A stretch of 64,000 nt of DNA, from positions 1,632,001-1,696,000 of the forward strand of contig CAWETI010000003.1 in NCBI GenBank assembly GCA_963812015.1. The letters are read 5' to 3'. Below the pieces are notes generated by a model. That model saw only the letters and a list, made by a program, of their open reading frames with translations. It was not told where the DNA came from and made no database searches. Each line of letters begins with the position of its first letter. The first letter of the stretch is position 1. Source of the DNA: an uncultured delta proteobacterium. GTDB lineage: Bacteria > Desulfobacterota > Desulfobaccia > Desulfobaccales > 0-14-0-80-60-11. Both the position numbers and the translations under genes were made by a program. Shown here in pieces: positions 57,716 to 64,000 of the stretch.

Positions 57716-58106
57716 CTCAAGGGGGGGATGGGGATTTCATATAACTCTCCGATAATCCCCCTAAATCCCCCTTTTCCCTAGGGGTACTTTAAGACCCCTC
57801 CAAGCCTGGTTTCCTTCCAGCCCTCAATTCCCTAATCCCCTTAACCCCAACAACCCCTTCCCCCTGATCACTTTTTTCCTGAAGAGGAATTGTCGAGAAG
57901 TTTCGTTGACAAAATTATCCAGAAGTCCCTAGGCAAAACAGCACCTTGGAGAACGGTAGCGGCGACACTTAGGGAAAATAAGGGAAAATCATTGATTTTC
58001 TTAGATTTATGTGGTATCGGCCTTATCACCTTTTTAGGGTGCAGAAAAAGCTCTACTAATTTGGCACAGTCGTTCAGATGGGAGGATTATCGAGAGGGAG
58101 AAGATT

Positions 58107-58298
58107 ATGCTATGCGAAGAAATCAAGACGGCCATCATGAATCTTGATGAACGGGATCAAAGACGGCTGGTGCTGGAGGTCCTGCCGGCAATCTGGCCGA
58201 ACCTCGTCAATGATGATTCCTGCATCAAACTCCTGCGAAACTTGGTTGATGAAGAAAGTGTCAGGAGATACCAGGATGAACACATGGACCACCTTTAG
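58107..58298 (+). CDS. Small hypothetical protein
   Basis: 63-aa ORF with a purine-rich RBS, co-oriented with the next gene. Confidence 0.55.
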   Translation: MLCEEIKTAIMNLDERDQRRLVLEVLPAIWPNLVNDDSCIKLLRNLVDEESVRRYQDEHMDHL

Positions 58299-58368
58299 GC
58301 CGTGTGCCGAAGTTGCAGTGCGGATTTACGGTCACCCCTATGGGTGATTAGCACAAAGGAGGGAGAAT

Positions 58369-59655
58369 ATGACCAGCCACGCCCTTCGGCCCCGCTGGGG
58401 CCAACCCGCTACGGGCGTCATTTCGTTCATCGTGTTCCTCTTTATCGCCTGGCTGGCCTGGTTTATCTTTAGCGATCCACGTGGCCCGGTCGGTTCCTTT
58501 CCCTACCCCTTCGTCATGTACCTGGCCATGATGATTCTGGTGGGACTCTGGCAGCATATGTTTTTGGGCGATTGGCCCTTCCAGGACATCCCCCAGCCGG
58601 CCCGGGGGATCATCGAAACTTTGGTCAACCTGGCCCTGGTGTGGTTTGTCATTCACGTGGTTTTTTATCGGGTTTTAGGACTGGGCTTCAACTTTCTCAG
58701 CCAGGTCAATTTGGAAACTCTGGCCGCGGCTGGGCGGACGGCCATACCGGAGGTTTGTGGCAAGACCTTGACCCTTAATATCTTGACCACCGCCCGGTTG
58801 CCTGAAAGGGCCGTGGTGACCTTCGTCTTGATCGGCTTTTTTTCTTATCCCTTTGTCACCATCCTGTTTGGCAAGTGGCCCATCCGCCCCAGCGATCTGA
58901 CCCAGCCCCAGGCCGGTCTGGCCGAACTGGGCTGGTGCAGCATGTTGACCCTGTTTTTCTACACCATCCTGATTGTGCCATTCTGGGGAGTGGTCTACGG
59001 CAAGACCTACGGGACCTCCTTCGGACTGAATTTCCCCTGGTGGAGCGGCATCTGCGGCATTGGCCACGTGCACTGGGTCTTTGGCTGGTGGGAATGGGCG
59101 ATTATCATCCTGTTCATGACCCCCAATGTGTGGCGGATGAAACCCTGGTCGGCAATCACCGTGCCGCAGCCCTGGAAAGGCCTGATCTCCTTGGCCGGCA
59201 CTTTTATTCTCGGTTATAGCCTGGCGCTGGTCTGCGTGAACCTCGCCCCCTTGTGGTTGCCCATGCAAGAGGTCATCAAGCATTTGCCCGCCTCAGACCT
59301 GGGCATCCCCATACGTTTTCTGTGGTATCATGCCGCGGAAATCGCCGGCTTTACCCTCATCCCCTTTCTCATTTGGCATCATTATTTTGATGACCTGGCG
59401 CCAGTCGCGGACAAAGATGCCTGGGGCGCCTTTTGGTTCCGGAGTTTAGGCGTTCTCATTCTTTGCATCCTGAACTATCTCTTTTTCTATTACGTCAATT
59501 TCGGGCATTGGGGCCTGGGCAATCATCATATGGCCGGGAGTCTGGCTGAACGGGTGGTGGGAGGAGAATCCCTCATCTGGAACTTCTGGTGGATTATTCC
59601 TCTCCTCTGGAATGAATGGTTTTTCCATAAATGGCCATTCTATGCGCCTGCCTGA
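58369..59655 (+). CDS. Multi-pass Trp/aromatic-rich membrane protein (putative transporter)
   Basis: About 9-10 TM segments, recurring GxWPF motifs; AAGGAGG RBS. Confidence 0.75.
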   Translation: MTSHALRPRWGQPATGVISFIVFLFIAWLAWFIFSDPRGPVGSFPYPFVMYLAMMILVGLWQHMFLGDWPFQDIPQPARGIIETLVNLALVWFVIHVVFYRVLGLGFNFLSQVNLETLAAAGRTAIPEVCGKTLTLNILTTARLPERAVVTFVLIGFFSYPFVTILFGKWPIRPSDLTQPQAGLAELGWCSMLTLFFYTILIVPFWGVVYGKTYGTSFGLNFPWWSGICGIGHVHWVFGWWEWAIIILFMTPNVWRMKPWSAITVPQPWKGLISLAGTFILGYSLALVCVNLAPLWLPMQEVIKHLPASDLGIPIRFLWYHAAEIAGFTLIPFLIWHHYFDDLAPVADKDAWGAFWFRSLGVLILCILNYLFFYYVNFGHWGLGNHHMAGSLAERVVGGESLIWNFWWIIPLLWNEWFFHKWPFYAPA

Positions 59656-59739
59656 CCCTGAGGCGCCACGGCCGGATCACGGATTCAACGGTCTAATACC
59701 AAGTCGCGTTCAAATAGGTAATTTACCTTTAATTCTTTT

Positions 59740-59798
59740 GTAGGGGCGGACCCATGTGTCCGCCCTCAAGAGGGCGCACACGCCAGGTATGTCCCTAC
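59740..59798. repeat. REP/REPIN-like doublet
   Basis: GTAGGGGCGGACCCATGTGTCCGCCC followed by a degenerate inverted partner ending CCCTAC. Confidence 0.6.
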
Positions 59799-60040
59799 AA
59801 TAGCTTTTCTTACTTCTATGAGCGCAACTTGGTATAAGGGGAGGTTTCCCGGGAGGGGATTTGCCACAGTGAAATGAGGAATTACCGTTCACCCTACCAA
59901 CTATAGTGGCAATAATGGCAAAAATGGCCAAGGGAGGGGCAAGAGCCCAGGCGGGCTCCCCCCTCCCTTGAATTCATCTGAGTTATTCACCTGCTTCGGT
60001 TCTTCCCGACCACACCCTGTGATTCCTGATCGTCAGCAGT

Positions 60041-60784
60041 CTAGATTACCCCTGAAGGCGATTGGCTTTGAGGCTGAGGGGTATTTCCGGAAGTTGCGGG
60101 GCGGCCAAAACCGGGCTGCGCGCCGGTCTGACCCGCCGGGATAGTGGTAGTATGGGAATAGCCTGACGAACTGGGGGCAATAGTGGGAGATTGGGGCTGG
60201 GCCGGGTAGCCGGCACGATTATTAGAAGAACCGGCATTAGTTAGCTGACCCCCATTGGGCGGCTGGAATTGCGGGTTGCCGGGGCGACCCCCCTGGGCGA
60301 TTGAAGAACCCGGCTGTTGCCACTGGCCCTGGTGATTATTTTGGCCGTAGGCATTTCTCTGCTGGTTCCACTGGCCCTGGTGATCATTCCGTCTGTAGGC
60401 ATCCCGTCGCTGGTCCCACTCGCGCCGATGATCATTACGTCCATACTCATTCCGGCGCTGGTCCCACTGGCGCTGATGATCATACCGTCCATCGGCATTC
60501 CTCTGCTGGTTCCACTGCCGGTTGCGGCCATTCCAGCCGTAGGCATTGCCCCGGGGTTGCTGCCACTGACGGTTTTGGCCATTCCAACCATAGGCATTGC
60601 CACGAGGCGGCTGCCCCTGATGCGCCTGGCCGAAAACATTGCCACGCGCCTGGGGCGGGGTGAAAGCCTGGCGATTCGGCTGCGGCGCAAAGGGACGATT
60701 AGGTCCGGCCTGGGCGCTCAGCGGGCTCAGGGCCATAAACAGACCCATCGTGAGAATCACGCTCCACCATCTTTGCGGGCTCAT
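60041..60784 (-). CDS. Exported low-complexity Q/N/G/R-rich repeat protein
   Basis: GAGGAGG RBS, signal peptide ending AQA, approximately 16-aa repeats (RGNAYGWNGxNRQWxQ). Confidence 0.7.
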   Translation of the reverse strand: MSPQRWWSVILTMGLFMALSPLSAQAGPNRPFAPQPNRQAFTPPQARGNVFGQAHQGQPPRGNAYGWNGQNRQWQQPRGNAYGWNGRNRQWNQQRNADGRYDHQRQWDQRRNEYGRNDHRREWDQRRDAYRRNDHQGQWNQQRNAYGQNNHQGQWQQPGSSIAQGGRPGNPQFQPPNGGQLTNAGSSNNRAGYPAQPQSPTIAPSSSGYSHTTTIPAGQTGAQPGFGRPATSGNTPQPQSQSPSGVI

Positions 60785-61028
60785 ATAATTTTCCTCCTCA
60801 AAATAATCCTGCACTCCGGATTTATTAATTTAGATGGCCGCCCGCCTGAAAAGGTTAATGAATTTTCCCCAATCTTTAAAAATTCTTGGTTGGCATTACG
60901 ACCATAAATCTGGTGATCATCGCTGGAGCTTGCAGGATCTGATGATTAACCATCCGGTTAAGAGAGGGGTGCGGATCGACCTTGGCGCCGGGGGCAGGGT
61001 GTCTACACCCCAAAGCCCAATTCAGCCT

Positions 61029-61160
61029 AAAACCTATTTCAAAACCTCTTTTTGTGCCGGTTTGTCATTCTGAGCGACGCGAAGAATCTTGTCTTTCCCA
61101 TAACCTAGACCTTGCGTGGGCGCTCAGGGTGATAAAATAAACCGTTTTTGAAATGCTTTT
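61029..61160. repeat. Degenerate MITE-like element with the same internal hairpin but different ends
   Basis: AAACCTATTTCAAAAC...GTTTTTGAAATGCTTT around GTCATTCTGAGCGACGCGAAGAATCT...CGCTCAGGGTGA. Confidence 0.5.
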
Positions 61161-61199
61161 TGTAAGCGCAATTTAATGGCACAAAAATAAATTATAGGG

Positions 61200-61224
61200 T
61201 TGACATCCCGGTCTAAATTAGACC
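61200..61224 (+). promoter_or_regulatory. -35 box and palindromic operator upstream of the SBP gene
   Basis: TTGACA at 61200; perfect GGTCTAA-A-TTAGACC at 61210-61224. Confidence 0.5.
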
Positions 61225-61261
61225 ATCAATGATGAAATATTTTTTAAGGAGGAGGGAGCAC

Positions 61262-62434
61262 ATGCGCAACGGACTCATAAGGGTTCTCGCGGCGGCGGCT
61301 CTGATGCTGCTCGCAGCAGGCGGCGTCCAGGCGGCGGACCAGAAGCAACCCATTAAAATAGGGGCCTTCTTTGCCCTGTCGGGGCCGGCCGCCCCCATCG
61401 GCACCCCCACCAAGTTGGTGGCGGAAATGGCCGTGGACCAAATCAACAAGGCGGGGGGCATCAATGGCCGGCCGCTGGAGTTGATCATCGGTGATACCGA
61501 GAGCGACCCGGCCAAGGCGGCCAACATCGCCAAGAAATTCATCCACTCCGATAAGGTGGCTGCCATCATCGGGCCCACCTCCACGGGGGAAGGGATGCAA
61601 GTCAAGAAGATCGTGGAAGAAGCGGGCATCCCCATTTTCATGACCGTGGGAGGCGATCCGCCTATTATGAAGGAGACCGGGCCCTTCACCTTTATCTTCA
61701 AGTCGCCCCAGCGCTCCTCCACCGCGGTAACCAAACTTCTCGAATACTTAAAAGAGAAAAAACTGACCAAGGTGGCCCTGCTCACCGCCTCCGACCCCTT
61801 TGGCAAGGACGGCGCCGTCTGGCTGGAAAAACTGGCCCCGGACTTCGGCCTCACCTTTGTGGCCAAGGAGTCCTTCGGCCCGAAAGACACCGACATGACC
61901 CCCCAGCTTACCAAGATTAAAAACGCCAACCCTCAAGCCGTTATCTGTTGGACCATCGGGCCGGCGGGGTCCATCGTGGCCAAGAACAAGGCCCAGTTGG
62001 GCATTACCATCCCCCTGTTCCAATGTCACGGCCAGCCGGGACCGGAATATATCCAACTGGCCGGCAAGGCTTCCGAAGGGGACCGCATGCCCTCCACCAA
62101 ACTGATGGTGGCGGCCCAGTTGCCGGATAACGACCCCCAAAAGAAGGTCATCCAGAACTTCATCCAGCTCTACAAGGACGTCTACCACTACGATCAGCAG
62201 TTTCCCATTAACACCCACTCGGGCTACGCCTGGGACGCCATCAGCATCGTGGCCCAGGCCATGCAGAAGGCGGGCACCGACCCCAAGGCCCTGCGCACCG
62301 CCATCGAGAACACCCGGGGTTACGTGGGGGTGTCCGGGATCTATAACCTGAGCCCCGAAGACCACAACGGCCTGAGGCCCGATTCCATGGTCATCATCCA
62401 GGTCAAGGACGGCAAGTTCGAGACCGCGCCATAG
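61262..62434 (+). CDS. Branched-chain amino-acid-type (Peripla_BP_6) ABC substrate-binding protein
   Basis: Signal peptide; PIKIGAFFALSGPAA...INKAGGINGRPLEL...DTESDP. Confidence 0.9.
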   Translation: MRNGLIRVLAAAALMLLAAGGVQAADQKQPIKIGAFFALSGPAAPIGTPTKLVAEMAVDQINKAGGINGRPLELIIGDTESDPAKAANIAKKFIHSDKVAAIIGPTSTGEGMQVKKIVEEAGIPIFMTVGGDPPIMKETGPFTFIFKSPQRSSTAVTKLLEYLKEKKLTKVALLTASDPFGKDGAVWLEKLAPDFGLTFVAKESFGPKDTDMTPQLTKIKNANPQAVICWTIGPAGSIVAKNKAQLGITIPLFQCHGQPGPEYIQLAGKASEGDRMPSTKLMVAAQLPDNDPQKKVIQNFIQLYKDVYHYDQQFPINTHSGYAWDAISIVAQAMQKAGTDPKALRTAIENTRGYVGVSGIYNLSPEDHNGLRPDSMVIIQVKDGKFETAP

Positions 62435-62606
62435 GGCGGCCTTTCCTGCTGCAAACTTATCCCCTTAGGGGCCTGGGCAACCGGGCCCCGCCCTCATTTC
62501 CGCGGGGATCCCCCTTGCCCCGCACCTCACCAGTAAATTTGCCATACGAATCCGCTGCCGCACTTCCGCGCCCGGATGTACCGCAGCCAGGTTTGGACGC
62601 GGTGAA

Positions 62607-64000
62607 TCAGATCCAAGCCTTACGCAGCAGCCACACCTTCACCCCTTGGGTCAGAAAGACATAGCATATCAAGGTCAAAGCCACCAAGGGCCAATAGAGG
62701 GAGGGCAGAGCTTTGAAGCCCAACGCTGTGGCGATGGGCGAGATGGGCAACCACATGCCGATCATCATAATGATCGTGGTGGTGACGATCACCGGCCAAC
62801 TTGCCCGGCTCTGCAGGAAGGGGAACTTATTGGTCCGGATAACATGAATAATCAGGGTTTGGGTCAGGATCGATTCGACGAACCAACCGGTCTGAAACAA
62901 GGCTGCGTCGTTCCAGCAGTTGAAGAGGTAGAGCATCATAAAATAGGTTGTGTAATCAAAGATAGAACTGCACGGGCCAATAAAAATGATGAACCGGGAG
63001 ATTTCCCGCATGGACCAGGGGCGGGGCTTGGCGACTTGCTCCGGGTCCACGTCATCTGCAGGAATGGGAACTTGGGAAAAGTCATAGAGCAAGTTGTTGG
63101 TCAGTATCTGGATGGGAGCCATAGGGACGAACGGCAGAAAGGCGCTGGCCCCTATGACGCTGAACATATTCCCGAAAGCGGAACTGGCCCCCATGCGGAT
63201 ATACTTGAGGATATTGGCAAAAATCTTGCGCCCTGATATCACCCCTTCGCCCAGCACCAGAAGACTCTTCTCCAACAAAATAACGTCGGCAGTTTCCTTG
63301 GCGATATCTACCCCCGAGTCCACCGAGATCCCCACATCAGCCGCCCGAAGCGCGGGCGCATCATTAATGCCGTCACCCAAAAACCCGACCACGTGGCCTC
63401 CACTCTGCAGGGCTTTGATAATTCGCTGTTTATGCCCCGGCGTGAGGTGGGCAAACAGGGTGGTCTGTCCCACCATTTCAGACAATTCTGTGTCGGACAT
63501 ATGCTCGATCTGTGTCCCCAGGAGGACATGCTCGGTGTCGATTTTCACTTCCCGGCAAATCTTCTTGCTCACCAACTCATTGTCGCCGGTGAGGATCTTC
63601 ACATCGACGCCATGGGCGTTCAAGGTCCGGATGGCCGCAGCCGCGGTGTCTTTGGGTGGGTCAAGAAAAGCAACATATCCCTTGAGAACCAGATCAACCT
63701 CATCAGTCACGGAATAGGAGGACTTCGGTTCCAAGTCCTTATACGCCAATGCCAAAACCCGGAAACCGTCATTGCTGAGCTTTTCGTACTCTTCTCGCAT
63801 GTCACCGATGAAGAGATGATCCATGGGGTAAAACTCGCCCTGGTATTCGAACTGGGCGCATCTCGTAAAAACCTCTTCCACCGCACCTTTGCAAATTAAT
63901 CGGGGTTTGCCGTCGGGAGTCTCCACCACCACCGACATCAGTTTGCGGGAAAAATCAAAAGGGATTTCATCAATCTTGCGGTAATTGGGGATCTGAAAGT
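62607..64000 (-). CDS. mgtA: Mg2+-importing P-type ATPase, 5' part outside the window
   Basis: KGAVEE, FLDPPK, KILTGDN, GDGINDAPAL, MGASSAFGNMFSV, NNLLYD, FQTGWFVES, IHVIRT. Confidence 0.92.
   Translation of the reverse strand, partial: FQIPNYRKIDEIPFDFSRKLMSVVVETPDGKPRLICKGAVEEVFTRCAQFEYQGEFYPMDHLFIGDMREEYEKLSNDGFRVLALAYKDLEPKSSYSVTDEVDLVLKGYVAFLDPPKDTAAAAIRTLNAHGVDVKILTGDNELVSKKICREVKIDTEHVLLGTQIEHMSDTELSEMVGQTTLFAHLTPGHKQRIIKALQSGGHVVGFLGDGINDAPALRAADVGISVDSGVDIAKETADVILLEKSLLVLGEGVISGRKIFANILKYIRMGASSAFGNMFSVIGASAFLPFVPMAPIQILTNNLLYDFSQVPIPADDVDPEQVAKPRPWSMREISRFIIFIGPCSSIFDYTTYFMMLYLFNCWNDAALFQTGWFVESILTQTLIIHVIRTNKFPFLQSRASWPVIVTTTIIMMIGMWLPISPIATALGFKALPSLYWPLVALTLICYVFLTQGVKVWLLRKAWI

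Overview
GC-rich bacterial chromosome segment; the gene set suggests a deltaproteobacterial/Desulfobacterota-type anaerobe (inference). Core flanks: 1-8 kb (CorC/HlyC-type protein, larC, amidase, MFS transporter, ECF sigma/anti-sigma/Spy-like triad, tRNA-Leu(CAA)) and 52-64 kb (KdsD/KpsF, DsrE-like, YkgJ-like, LivF-PaaK fusion, membrane protein, ABC substrate-binding protein, partial mgtA). Between them, two integrative elements sit in tandem at the tRNA-Leu 3' end. Island 1 (about 8063-21259, 56-bp att repeats) is satellite-like: integrase, XRE, excisionase and primase-helicase, no structural genes. It carries TPR and Sel1 envelope proteins and a coupled HNH-HIT / NUDIX / SRA-like-HNH operon, a candidate anti-phage system. 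Island 2 (about 21243-51837, P4-family integrase) carries three cargo modules separated by copies of a degenerate direct repeat: (i) Mla/Pqi-type ABC system plus MscS; (ii) Tat 5'-nucleotidase, sulfatase and octaheme-TPR cytochrome; (iii) five tandem exported TPR paralogues, four with a sharply bounded hypervariable segment, coupled to a membrane Ser/Thr kinase and a convergent FHA-GAF nucleotide cyclase. Island 2 ends with the deletion scar of a type I R-M operon and an AlpA/HTH/second tyrosine recombinase module. No CRISPR array, rRNA or phage structural genes were seen. All family calls come from motif recognition, not database searches.
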